Of a stretch of DNA of 64,000 nucleotides, positions 1-9,073 are shown piece by piece. The notes below the pieces were generated by a model that ran no database searches, was not told the origin of the DNA, and saw nothing but the letters and a program-made list of their open reading frames with translations. The position numbers and the translations under genes were made by a program. Each line of letters starts with the position of its first letter. Within the stretch, counting starts at the first letter, position 1. Origin of the DNA: Candidatus Dormiibacterota bacterium (lineage in GTDB: Bacteria > Chloroflexota > Dormibacteria > Aeolococcales > Aeolococcaceae); NCBI GenBank assembly GCA_003162415.1, contig PMOL01000005.1:53726-117725 (forward strand), read 5' to 3'.

Positions 1-2
1 CT

Positions 3-869
3 CGCCTCGCGCTCGAGCTCTGCCTCTGCGACGACCCGGACGAAGCGATGCGGCTGGCGATGGACCTCGACATCCAGAACCGGTTGCGGCAGCAAGCGGT
101 AGCGCTCGCGCTTGCCGAGGCCGAGGAGCAGGTCGCGAACATCGATGACGGTGCCGCGGCGATCGTCCTCGGTGATCCCGGATGGCCGATGGGCATTGTC
201 GGGCTCGTCGCCGGACGGCTCGCCGAACGATATGCGCGGCCGGCGTTCATCGCCTGTCTGGACCCGGCGGAGGCGAAGGGCTCCGCACGGTCTGCCGGTG
301 GTGTCCACATCGTCAAGGCCCTCGATGGCGCTGCGACCTCGCTTCTCCGCTACGGGGGCCATGCGGCCGCCGCCGGCTTCAGCCTCGAGGCCTCGCGCTT
401 CGATGAGTTCCGCGAGTTGATCACCGCCTCGGTGAGCGAGCAGAACGCGGAGGTCGAGCGCGTGCGCGACTTCACCATCGACTGCGAGATCTCCGGCATC
501 GACGTCACCCCGGAGCTCTGCCAGGTATTGGATCAGCTCGAGCCCAGCGGTCAGGGCAACCCGGCACCGCTCCTCGCTGTCTGTGGCGCGAGGGTGCTCG
601 GCACGTCAACCTTCGGATCGGAGAGCCAGCACATCAGAGTGACGCTTGCCACCGGGTCCGGCATCGTTGAGGCGATCGCGTTCAACAAGCCGAATCTCGC
701 CGATCACCTTCCGCGAGGGCGGATCGTCGACGCGTGTTTCGGCCTCGAGGTCGACAGCTTCCAGGGGTTCCAGCGGGTTCGGGCCCGACTGCGCGACCTG
801 CGCCCAGCGCGCGCGATCTCGCTGACCGGCCAGCCGGTCGGTGCGGCAGTGAGTTCCTCGGCGAGCTAG
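3..869 (+). CDS. recJ: ssDNA exonuclease RecJ, C-terminal part (5' truncated by window edge)
   Basis: GIVGLVAGRL, KGSARS, YGGHAAAAG (DHHA1) and LEPSGQGNPAP motifs; frame open to window start. Confidence 0.92.
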   Translation, partial: RLALELCLCDDPDEAMRLAMDLDIQNRLRQQAVALALAEAEEQVANIDDGAAAIVLGDPGWPMGIVGLVAGRLAERYARPAFIACLDPAEAKGSARSAGGVHIVKALDGAATSLLRYGGHAAAAGFSLEASRFDEFRELITASVSEQNAEVERVRDFTIDCEISGIDVTPELCQVLDQLEPSGQGNPAPLLAVCGARVLGTSTFGSESQHIRVTLATGSGIVEAIAFNKPNLADHLPRGRIVDACFGLEVDSFQGFQRVRARLRDLRPARAISLTGQPVGAAVSSSAS

Positions 870-1015
870 ATCCGGCCGCTCAGGGTCGCGAGACCATCGG
901 CCGCTGCATCGCTCCGCTCAGGGGTGATGACCTCCTCGACCGGGCTAGCTCTACCCCACCCAAGGTCGAGCTCCTCGACCGGCTAGACCCGCCCGCTCAA
1001 GGTCGCCAGCCCGTC
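852..1015. repeat. Imperfect 47-bp direct repeat (852-898 vs 969-1015) duplicating the recJ/MDMPI convergent junction
   Basis: agttcctcggcgagctagatccggccgctcagggtcgcgagaccatc vs agctcctcgaccggctagacccgcccgctcaaggtcgccagcccgtc; partial third copy ctcctcgaccgggctag at about 932-948. Confidence 0.8.
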
Positions 1016-1621
1016 ACCGGTGAGGTCAGCCAGGCCGGCCTTCCGACCGGTGACCCCGAGGATGATCGAGGCCAGCGGCCCCTTCACCTCCGGGCCGGAG
1101 CCGCGTGTCCAGTCGACGTCGGTGGCGGTGAGCGTGAGGCCGGTCGCGCGGCGCTTCCCACCCAGCAGGAGGTTGCCGCGAATGACGAAGTCGCCAACCA
1201 GCGTCAGCGCCTCGGGCTGGTACGCGTGCGCGATTCCGAGGGGCCGTCGGATGTCCTCACCGTGGATTACCACCTCGGCGACCATCGCGTCGATCGGCCC
1301 TGGCGGTGAGGTGGTGCGATCGAGCACGGACTTGAACGCCGAGAGTGTGTCGGCGGGCGTCGCTCCCAACTCCTCCTTGACGCCCTTCGCATTCATGGTG
1401 TTGAACTGGAAGCCCGTTCCGGCGAACTTTCCGAAAAAGCGTCCGGGGGTCATCCTTGCCGTGGTGGTCATATGCGCCAGGACGTCGCGCACCGTCCATG
1501 CGACGCACAGCGACTGTGTCGACCACTGCGGGTCGTTCACGCTCTGGAGATCCGCGATGAGCGCGACTCGCTCGGCTCGTATCAACGGCCATTGATTTCC
1601 AGCCACCTCGTTCCTCCACAC
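983..1621 (-). CDS. Maleylpyruvate isomerase family (MDMPI/DinB-like) protein
   Basis: SLCVAWTVRDVLAH and EVVIHGEDIRRPLG motifs; true start may be a few codons downstream. Confidence 0.85.
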   Translation of the reverse strand: MWRNEVAGNQWPLIRAERVALIADLQSVNDPQWSTQSLCVAWTVRDVLAHMTTTARMTPGRFFGKFAGTGFQFNTMNAKGVKEELGATPADTLSAFKSVLDRTTSPPGPIDAMVAEVVIHGEDIRRPLGIAHAYQPEALTLVGDFVIRGNLLLGGKRRATGLTLTATDVDWTRGSGPEVKGPLASIILGVTGRKAGLADLTGDGLATLSGRV

Positions 1622-2057
1622 ATCCCGCCATCGCCCCCCACGACGGGACGACCGCTCGACTGTACAGTGCCCCGCTGAGCAAATACAGGACGCCGTTACA
1701 GGTTTACTGCCTGGCTAAGCAATTGCCTGACGACTGGCGATTTCTCCCGGCGGCGACGTTACCCGGAGGCGGCAGTATCGGGGGCGCGAATCCAGGAACG
1801 ATGGCCTCGGGCGGGCGGGATCGCCAGCAGTCGCCCCTGCTCCACCCGGGCTAACTGCCAGCCGCCCAGGCTCGGTCAGACCGACACCAATCGGCTCTGC
1901 GACCGTACTCCGGCGACCGTTACAACTTCGAACTTGCCCCCGCCCTCGCCCGGTGCTAGCGTCGACGGCGCGAGCCCAGCGCGACGCCGAGCCCGCAGGC
2001 GAGAGAGCAGGACCTTCCAATCGGCAGGGTCCCCAACGCGCAATCCGGAGGCACCTC

Positions 2058-3527
2058 ATGCTCGAGGAGGTCGGGATCCCTCGGCTCGTGGTCGGAGGCC
2101 TGGGTTCGGGTTCCGGGAAAACCTCGATCAGCCTGGGTCTCACCGCCGCGCTCCGCACGCGCGGCCGCACCGTCCAGACCTTCAAGGTCGGCGCCGATTT
2201 CATCGACACGGCGTACCTGGCGCATGCCAGCCGCCGGCCCTGTCGCAACCTCGATTCCTGGGTGCTAGGCGCCGAAGGAGTCCGACGCTCGCTCATGCAC
2301 GGGGCGATCGGAGCCGATCGCGTGATCGTCGAGGGCGCGATGGGCCTGCTCGACGGCCACGGGATGCCGGCGGATCGTGCGGCCAGCCCGACCGACTTCC
2401 CCGGAAGCACGCTCGAGGTCGCACGCATCATCGCGGCGCCGGTGGTGCTCGTGATTGACGCCTGGGCGATGGGTGAGACCGCGGCCGCCGCAGCGCTCGG
2501 GATCAAACAGCTGGACAGCACCGGCAGCGTCGTCGGCGTCATCCTCAACAACGTCCCCAACGACTACCGGCGCCGAGTCATCGAAGACGCCATCTGGTCG
2601 CTCGCCCGCATGCCCGTGCTCGGCGCGCTCCCACACATCCAGTCGGTCCACATCCCAGAGCTGCGCACGGGGCTGCTCCCGCTCCTCCAGAACCCCCATG
2701 TCGACGAGGCGATCGCAGAGCTTGGTGAGGCGGTGACACGACATTGCGACCTCGACCTCATCGAGCGGCTCATGGAGGGAGCCCACCCGGTCCACCCGGC
2801 GGTACGGCGGCGCATCACACCGAGCAGCCCTGAACCGGTGCGAATCGGAGTCGCCTTCGACGACGCCTTCTGCTTCTACTACTCCGAGAATCTCGAGCTG
2901 CTCGAGGATGCCGGTGCGGAGATCGTCACCTTCTCGCCGCTCGAGGACGCCACCCTGCCCCGCGACCTCGGTCTCATCTACATGGGCGGCGGCATCTCCG
3001 AGGCGTTCGTGCCGAAGCTCGCGAGCAACCACCCGTTCCTCGAATCATTCCGGAGAGCGCACGCCCACGGCGTCACGGTCTACGCCGAGGGCTGCGGGCT
3101 GCAGTACTCCGCTCGATCCCTCCGAACCAGCGACGGCGCGACCCATCAGATGGCCGGGCTCATCCCCATCGACATCGCTCTAGAGGCCGGCGCGCTGCAC
3201 AGCGGCTATCGCGACCTGAGCATCGCGACCCCGTCAATGCTCGGTCCAGTCGGCACCCGGCTCCGCGGGCACGAGTTCCACTTCAGCCACCTGCTCTCAG
3301 GCGGTGACTGCCTGAATCCCGCATACAGGATGCACGACTGCGACGGCGAGCCACTCGGCTGCGAGGGCTGGACCGATCCACTCATGCTTGCCTCCTTCAT
3401 CCACCTCCACTTCGGCCAGGAGCGGGAGCTTGCCGGCCGCCTCGTCGCCGCAGCGCGTGAGTCCCTCGACCAGAGGATGCACTCCACGCTGGCCGGGCGC
3501 GGCAGTCTCTTCGCCGCCCCGGTGTAG
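2058..3527 (+). CDS. cbiA: Cobyrinate a,c-diamide synthase-like (CbiA/CobB)
   Basis: GSGSGKT, FKVGADFID, NLDSW, VEGAMGLLDG, DAFCFYY, GHEFH motifs; GGAGG RBS before ATG 2058. Confidence 0.85.
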   Translation: MLEEVGIPRLVVGGLGSGSGKTSISLGLTAALRTRGRTVQTFKVGADFIDTAYLAHASRRPCRNLDSWVLGAEGVRRSLMHGAIGADRVIVEGAMGLLDGHGMPADRAASPTDFPGSTLEVARIIAAPVVLVIDAWAMGETAAAAALGIKQLDSTGSVVGVILNNVPNDYRRRVIEDAIWSLARMPVLGALPHIQSVHIPELRTGLLPLLQNPHVDEAIAELGEAVTRHCDLDLIERLMEGAHPVHPAVRRRITPSSPEPVRIGVAFDDAFCFYYSENLELLEDAGAEIVTFSPLEDATLPRDLGLIYMGGGISEAFVPKLASNHPFLESFRRAHAHGVTVYAEGCGLQYSARSLRTSDGATHQMAGLIPIDIALEAGALHSGYRDLSIATPSMLGPVGTRLRGHEFHFSHLLSGGDCLNPAYRMHDCDGEPLGCEGWTDPLMLASFIHLHFGQERELAGRLVAAARESLDQRMHSTLAGRGSLFAAPV

Positions 3528-3539
3528 GCTTGGGATGCG

Positions 3540-4940
3540 ATGTCCCAGGCCCCGTCCACGATCGGTGAGTTGCGTCGCGCGGAGTACCGCGTCCTGCCCG
3601 TCAGGACCGAGCTTCGGCGCAACCTGATCCGCAAGCTCAGCAACAACGAGGAGCTGTTCGGCGGCATCCGCGGCTACGACGATTCGGTCATCCCGCAGAT
3701 CGAGAACGCGATCCTCGCCGGCCAGGACATGGTCCTGCTCGGTGAGCGCGGGCAGGCGAAATCGCGGCTCATCCGTGCCCTGGTCACGCTCCTCGACGAC
3801 GCGGTGCCGGCGATCGCGGGCTGCGAGATCAACGACGACCCCTACGCGCCGATCTGCCGCCGCTGCCGCGACCTCGTCGCCGAACATGGCGACGCGACCG
3901 AGCTCGCGTGGCTCAGCCCCGAGCAGCGCTATTCGGAGAAGCTCGCGACCCCGGACACCTCGATCGCCGACCTCATCGGTGAGGTCGATCCCATCCGGGT
4001 GGCCGAAGGGCGCTACCTCAGCGACGAGCTCACCATCCACTACGGTCTGATCCCGCGAACCAACCGGGGAATCTTCGCGATCAACGAGCTCCCCGACCTC
4101 GCCGAGCGCATCCAGGTGGGCCTGCTCAACATCATCGAGGAGCGCGACGTGCAGATCCGCGGCTACCGGCTGCGCCTGCCACTCGACGTGTTCGTGGTTG
4201 CGACCGCGAACCCCGAGGACTACACCAACCGCGGACGCATCATCACGCCGCTCAAGGACCGCTTCGGCGCCCAGGTCCGGACGCATTACCCGCGCACGCT
4301 CGATGACGAGATCGCCATTGCCGAGCAGGAGCGCATGACCTTCGATGACATGCCGGTCCCGGTCACCGTGCCCGGCTTCATGCAGGAAATCGTCGCCGAG
4401 CTCTCGCACGTGGCCCGCCGCCATCCGCAGGTGAATCAGCGCAGCGGCGTGTCGGTCCGGCTCACCACCGCCAACTACGAAAATCTCGCAGCCGGCGCCC
4501 TGCGCCGCGCGCTGCGCACCGGTGAGCGGGAGGCGGTCGCCCGCATCAGCGACCTGCCCGCGCTGATGTCTTCCACCGCCGGAAAGATCGAGCTCGAGAC
4601 CTGGGAGGACGGCGATGACGGCGCAGTCCTCGAGAAGCTGATGCGCACCGCATGCAACAACGTGTTCCGCCGCCACTTCACCGTTCAGGAGTTCAGCGAC
4701 CTGGTGCAGCGTTTCGACCGCGGCGGATTCACCGTCGAGGTCGGCGACCAGCACACCATCGCGCACTACGCGCAGGCGCTCACCGAGCTCGGCGGCGTCG
4801 AACGCGCGCGCCAGCGACTCGGCGAGCCGGACACCGACGCGATGCGGGTAGCGGTCCTCGAGTTCGTGCTCGAAGGCCTCCACCTCGGGAAGCGCCTCAA
4901 CAAGACCGCACTCGAAGGAAGCGCGGTCTATGGAGGATGA
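3540..4940 (+). CDS. AAA+ ATPase, Mg-chelatase/sigma54-interacting-like (Rv0958 type)
   Basis: LGERGQAKSR P-loop, INELPDL, ANPEDYTNRGRIITPLKDRF. Confidence 0.85.
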   Translation: MSQAPSTIGELRRAEYRVLPVRTELRRNLIRKLSNNEELFGGIRGYDDSVIPQIENAILAGQDMVLLGERGQAKSRLIRALVTLLDDAVPAIAGCEINDDPYAPICRRCRDLVAEHGDATELAWLSPEQRYSEKLATPDTSIADLIGEVDPIRVAEGRYLSDELTIHYGLIPRTNRGIFAINELPDLAERIQVGLLNIIEERDVQIRGYRLRLPLDVFVVATANPEDYTNRGRIITPLKDRFGAQVRTHYPRTLDDEIAIAEQERMTFDDMPVPVTVPGFMQEIVAELSHVARRHPQVNQRSGVSVRLTTANYENLAAGALRRALRTGEREAVARISDLPALMSSTAGKIELETWEDGDDGAVLEKLMRTACNNVFRRHFTVQEFSDLVQRFDRGGFTVEVGDQHTIAHYAQALTELGGVERARQRLGEPDTDAMRVAVLEFVLEGLHLGKRLNKTALEGSAVYGG

Positions 4941-7122
4941 CGCACCGGGGGAAACGCCCCGCACTCCCGCACCTGCTGACGACTCTCCGGAATCCGAAGA
5001 AGCGGGCTCGCGAGGGATTCCCCCGCGGGTGCATCGCTTCAGCGTCTGGGATGGCACCCAGGACCCACTCGGCGACGACGCCGACGCGCTCTTCGACCGC
5101 CTGAGCGAGGACGTCTTTCACGGCTGGGATTTCGAGACGGCACTGCGCCGCCTGCTGAGCCAGGGCTGGCGCGACCGGGATGGGCGAAAGTTCGCCGGCC
5201 TCGAGGAGCTGATGGACCGGCTCCGCAAGCAGCGTCAGAAGCAGCTCGAGCGCTACAGCCTCGACAACGTCTTCAAGGACATCGAGGAGAAGCTCGACAA
5301 CGTGCTCCGGCTCGAGCGCCAGGGAATCGACGAGCGACTCAAGAACGCAACCGATGGCAGCGCGCAGCGCATCCTCGAACGCGTCGCCAAGAAGCGCCGC
5401 GAACACCTCGACAACCTGCCCCAGGAGCCAGGCGGCGCCATCCGTGAGCTGCAGGGCTACGAGTTCATGGAGCAGCGAGCCGAGCAGGCGTTCCAGAAGC
5501 TGCTCGAGGAGATCAAGCAGAACGTCGTCAACACATATTTCAAACAGATGGCCGAGCAGATGGGCCAGATGTCGCAGCAGGACATCAGCGCGCTGCGCGA
5601 GATGGCCCGCGACCTCAACGCATTGGTGCGCCAGAAGCTCGAGGGCGTGCCCGACGCGCAGCTGCAGCACAACTACGAGGACTTCCTGAAGAAGTGGGGC
5701 TCGATGTTCCCCGATGCGCCGGCGACCTTCGACGAGTTTCTCGCGCAACTCGCTGCGCAGATGGCCCGCATGGACTCCCTCATGCAGTCGCTGTCGCCGG
5801 AGCAGCGCCATCAGCTCGAGGAAATGATTTCCGCGACCTTCGGCGACCCCGACCTGCAGGCACAGCTCGCCGAGCTCATGGGCGGCCTCGAACTGCTCTC
5901 CGATCGCCGGCACCTCGGCCAGCGATACTCGTTCTTCGGGAACGAACAGCTCCCCTACGATGAGGCGATGGGCGTCATGGATCGCCTCCAGTCCATCGAG
6001 GAGCTGGAGCGCGGTCTGCGCGGGATGTACCGCGGTGAGCCGCTCGACAGCACGACCGAGGAAGCGCTTCGCGACGTCCTCGGTGACAACGCAGCGCGTG
6101 ACCTCTCGCGCCTACAGCGCATGACCGATCAGCTCGAGCAACGCGGCCTCGTCGAGCGCGATGAGGAAGGCATGCGATTGACCGCGCGCGGGCTCAGACG
6201 CATCGGACAGAAGGCCCTCGGAGACCTGTTCGCGCGCCTGCGACACGACCGCTTCGGAGACCATCCGATATCCCGGCACGGCCAAGGGGGCGAACGCGAA
6301 GAGGACACGAAGAATTACGAATTCGGGGACGTGTTCGATCTCGACGTCCGCGAGACGCTCATGAATGCGGTACGGCGCGATGCGGATGAGCGTGACTTGC
6401 GGCCGGCGGGGATTCCGGCTCCGGCTTCAAACCGGACTATTCAGCCTCCGCCGGAATCCCCACCGGCCTCGGCTAAGTCTGGGCTGCGGCGCTCTGTGCC
6501 TCGACTCTCGCCGGAAGATTTCGTCGTGCATCGGTCCGATACGCTGACGCGGTCGGCGACTGTTCTTATGCTCGACATGAGTCGGTCTATGCCATTGCGC
6601 GGATATTTTTATGCCGCCAAGAAAGTTGCACTTGCACTCGACTCATTGATTCGCAGTGCTTATCCTCGGGACACGCTTCACATCATTGGGTTCAGTGATC
6701 TGGCGCGGGAGATCAAGCCGGCGGCGCTGCCGCATCTCTCGGTGAATGAGTACGTGTATGGGACGAACATGCAGCACGGGTTGATGCTGGCCCGCCGGCT
6801 GCTGGCGAGGGATCCGGGGGAGAACAAGCAGATCATCATCGTGAGCGATGGCGAGCCGACGGCGCATATTGAGAACGGGCGTCCGGTGTTCTTCTATCCG
6901 CCGCTGCCGGAGACGTTTCACAAGACGTTGCTCGAAGTCAAGCGGTGCACGCGGGAGAACATCGTCATCAACACGTTCATGCTCGAGTCGAACCATCACC
7001 TCGTGCAGTTCGTCAATCAGATGACGCGGCTCAATCGCGGGCGGGCTTTCTTCATCAGCCCGGACCGGTTGGGAGACTATGTCCTCGTCGACTACGTGAG
7101 CTCCAAACGGGGAGCGGCTTAG
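4930..7122 (+). CDS. vWA domain protein (Rv0959 type), partner of upstream AAA+
   Basis: MIDAS DMSRSM, GTNMQHG, SDGEPTAH; overlaps AAA+ stop. Confidence 0.85.
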   Translation: MEDDAPGETPRTPAPADDSPESEEAGSRGIPPRVHRFSVWDGTQDPLGDDADALFDRLSEDVFHGWDFETALRRLLSQGWRDRDGRKFAGLEELMDRLRKQRQKQLERYSLDNVFKDIEEKLDNVLRLERQGIDERLKNATDGSAQRILERVAKKRREHLDNLPQEPGGAIRELQGYEFMEQRAEQAFQKLLEEIKQNVVNTYFKQMAEQMGQMSQQDISALREMARDLNALVRQKLEGVPDAQLQHNYEDFLKKWGSMFPDAPATFDEFLAQLAAQMARMDSLMQSLSPEQRHQLEEMISATFGDPDLQAQLAELMGGLELLSDRRHLGQRYSFFGNEQLPYDEAMGVMDRLQSIEELERGLRGMYRGEPLDSTTEEALRDVLGDNAARDLSRLQRMTDQLEQRGLVERDEEGMRLTARGLRRIGQKALGDLFARLRHDRFGDHPISRHGQGGEREEDTKNYEFGDVFDLDVRETLMNAVRRDADERDLRPAGIPAPASNRTIQPPPESPPASAKSGLRRSVPRLSPEDFVVHRSDTLTRSATVLMLDMSRSMPLRGYFYAAKKVALALDSLIRSAYPRDTLHIIGFSDLAREIKPAALPHLSVNEYVYGTNMQHGLMLARRLLARDPGENKQIIIVSDGEPTAHIENGRPVFFYPPLPETFHKTLLEVKRCTRENIVINTFMLESNHHLVQFVNQMTRLNRGRAFFISPDRLGDYVLVDYVSSKRGAA
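6401..6468. repeat. Intragenic 19-bp inverted repeat (1 mismatch), 30-nt loop
   Basis: ggccggcggggattccggc (6401-6419) ... gccggaatccccaccggcc (6450-6468). Confidence 0.85.
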
Positions 7123-7126
7123 GCGG

Positions 7127-7861
7127 GTGGAGTTCAGGGGGTATCTGGATCACATTCGCGCCGACGGCGATCTGATCGCTGCGCTCGCACCGCGCGGGTT
7201 GCATCTGCTCGTGCCGGTCTGCCGGCCGTGGGATGTGCGCGGGGTCGTTGCGCACCTGGCGGCGGTGTACGACCACAAGGTGATGGCGATGCGGCTCGGG
7301 CGCAAACCCAACCAGGGCGAGTGGGTGACCGACGAACCCTACGGCAAGGACACCGTTGAGTGGTTCGAGGACGAGCACTCGAAGTTGCTCGCGGAGTTCA
7401 TTGCGCACTCGCCAAGGGAGCAGGCGTGGTCGTGGTGGGAGGCCGACCAGACCGTCGGGTTCTGGTACCGGCGAATGGCGCTCGAAACCGTCGTGCATCG
7501 CGTCGACGTGGAGACGCAGTTCGGGCCACCGAGTGCCATCGACGCGGCGCTCGCGGTCGACGGTATCGACGAGGTGCTGACGATCATGCTGGCCGGTGCG
7601 GATGACACGGCGGCCGCGATTCCAGGCACCGGGACCGTCGAAGTGCTCGCGGACGACGCGGCGTGGTCGGTGGTGCTCGAGGACACGCGCACCGTGGTGA
7701 CGCCCGGCCGGAGGACATCACCACACGCGACCCTCTCCGGCGATCCCGCCGAGTTGTTCCTCTATCTGTGGGGACGTGCCCCGCTCGACGGCCTCATGCG
7801 CCGTGGCGACGAAACCCGCATCGTGTTGCTGCGATCCCGGCTCGCCGCGGCAACGCAGTAG
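7127..7861 (+). CDS. Maleylpyruvate isomerase family (MDMPI) protein
   Basis: VPVCRPWDVRGVVAHL, RRMALETVVHRVD, DGIDE motifs. Confidence 0.85.
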   Translation: MEFRGYLDHIRADGDLIAALAPRGLHLLVPVCRPWDVRGVVAHLAAVYDHKVMAMRLGRKPNQGEWVTDEPYGKDTVEWFEDEHSKLLAEFIAHSPREQAWSWWEADQTVGFWYRRMALETVVHRVDVETQFGPPSAIDAALAVDGIDEVLTIMLAGADDTAAAIPGTGTVEVLADDAAWSVVLEDTRTVVTPGRRTSPHATLSGDPAELFLYLWGRAPLDGLMRRGDETRIVLLRSRLAAATQ

Positions 7862-7866
7862 GTCGC

Positions 7867-8697
7867 ATGGATCGGGCAGCGTTCGCGGAGCGGATCCGTC
7901 TGCAGTTGATGTCGCGATACCGGGGCGCGAACGTCGAGGTGGACTCGGCGCGATTCGCCTTGCACGTCACCGGTTCCGGGCTCGACCTCATGCTGCCGCT
8001 CGCGCCCCTCTCTCACGCATGTGACCGCCAGCCGGACCGGGTGCCGGCGTTGATCGGTGAGTACATCGCGTCCGTCGAGCACCAGCTCACCCCGCAACCC
8101 GCGATTGCGCTGGCGACATCGCGGCTGCTCTGGTGCGTGCGCAACGACCGCTTCCTTGGCAGTCATGGCCGGGTCGGCGATCTGCTGCGCGCGCCGGTCG
8201 GCGCCGACATGAGCGCGTTCGTCGCCGAGGAGCTCCCAGGCTCGATCATGCGCGGCGTCCCGCGCGACGAATGGACGTCGATCGGGATGAGCGACGAGGA
8301 CACGCGAAGCATTGCCGGCGCGAACACTGCGGAGCGCTTCGAGCCGCTGGTGGCGCGCATCGCACGGACGGATCGCATCCCCGCCGACGGATGGCGGGTC
8401 GCATCGGATCCGCTCTTCCAGGGCAGCGTGTTGCTGGCGACGCGCGTGCTCGCGGCATTCGCCGAGCGCGCGGGCGGCGACGTCCTGCTCGGCGTGCCCG
8501 ACCGCGGCGCCCTCCTCGCGCTGCCGGCGGCGCTCCCGTCCGCGGATCGATTTCAGCGCCGGGTGCTCAAGGAATGGCGCGAGGCGATGAACCCGTGCTC
8601 GCGCGAGGTGCTGATCACCGACGGGCGACAGCTCCGCGCAGTGTCCCGCCGGTCGCGGACGTCAGGGCCGGTGGTGCTGCCCTGGCTCGCCGAGTAG
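7867..8697 (+). CDS. Hypothetical protein
   Basis: Operonic ATG 6 nt after previous stop; host-like codon usage. Confidence 0.65.
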   Translation: MDRAAFAERIRLQLMSRYRGANVEVDSARFALHVTGSGLDLMLPLAPLSHACDRQPDRVPALIGEYIASVEHQLTPQPAIALATSRLLWCVRNDRFLGSHGRVGDLLRAPVGADMSAFVAEELPGSIMRGVPRDEWTSIGMSDEDTRSIAGANTAERFEPLVARIARTDRIPADGWRVASDPLFQGSVLLATRVLAAFAERAGGDVLLGVPDRGALLALPAALPSADRFQRRVLKEWREAMNPCSREVLITDGRQLRAVSRRSRTSGPVVLPWLAE

Positions 8698-9048
8698 CAG
8701 TCGAGACGCGGCCCCGACGCGGTTTGCCTCCTGGCGAGCCACGAATGCGCTCGCGGCGCCCAGCGCAACAGCGGCCGCGACCCCGGCCAGCGTCCTGGCG
8801 GCGACCCGGGTCGCCCGACCCCGAACCGAGATCGGGGACAGACCGGGCCCCTCGCCAAACCACATCGTCATCGCAGTCTGGTCTGCGACGACGCCGTCCT
8901 CGCCGTGAATCCGGCTTCGCTCGATGCGCACGGCGGCAGGCCGAGCGCCACGCCACCGCTTCTGATCGAAGAGCGCGGGGGCTGCACGCAGGGCCCCGCT
9001 GCTGGCAATCGCACGGACAACGGCCACAGCACGTTCCGACGTCGGCAT
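8662..9048 (-). CDS. Hypothetical protein with C-terminal hydrophobic segment
   Basis: TATCCT -10 element 8 nt before ATG 9048 (leaderless pattern); fills gap between genes. Confidence 0.45.
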   Translation of the reverse strand: MPTSERAVAVVRAIASSGALRAAPALFDQKRWRGARPAAVRIERSRIHGEDGVVADQTAMTMWFGEGPGLSPISVRGRATRVAARTLAGVAAAVALGAASAFVARQEANRVGAASRLLLGEPGQHHRP

Positions 9049-9073
9049 CGCTGGACAGGATAGCGTTCTGCCT

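Noticed and set aside
1622-2057. Cobalamin, ZTP or c-di-AMP riboswitch
   Set aside because: Only short fragments (e.g. gactggcga) match; core consensus elements absent
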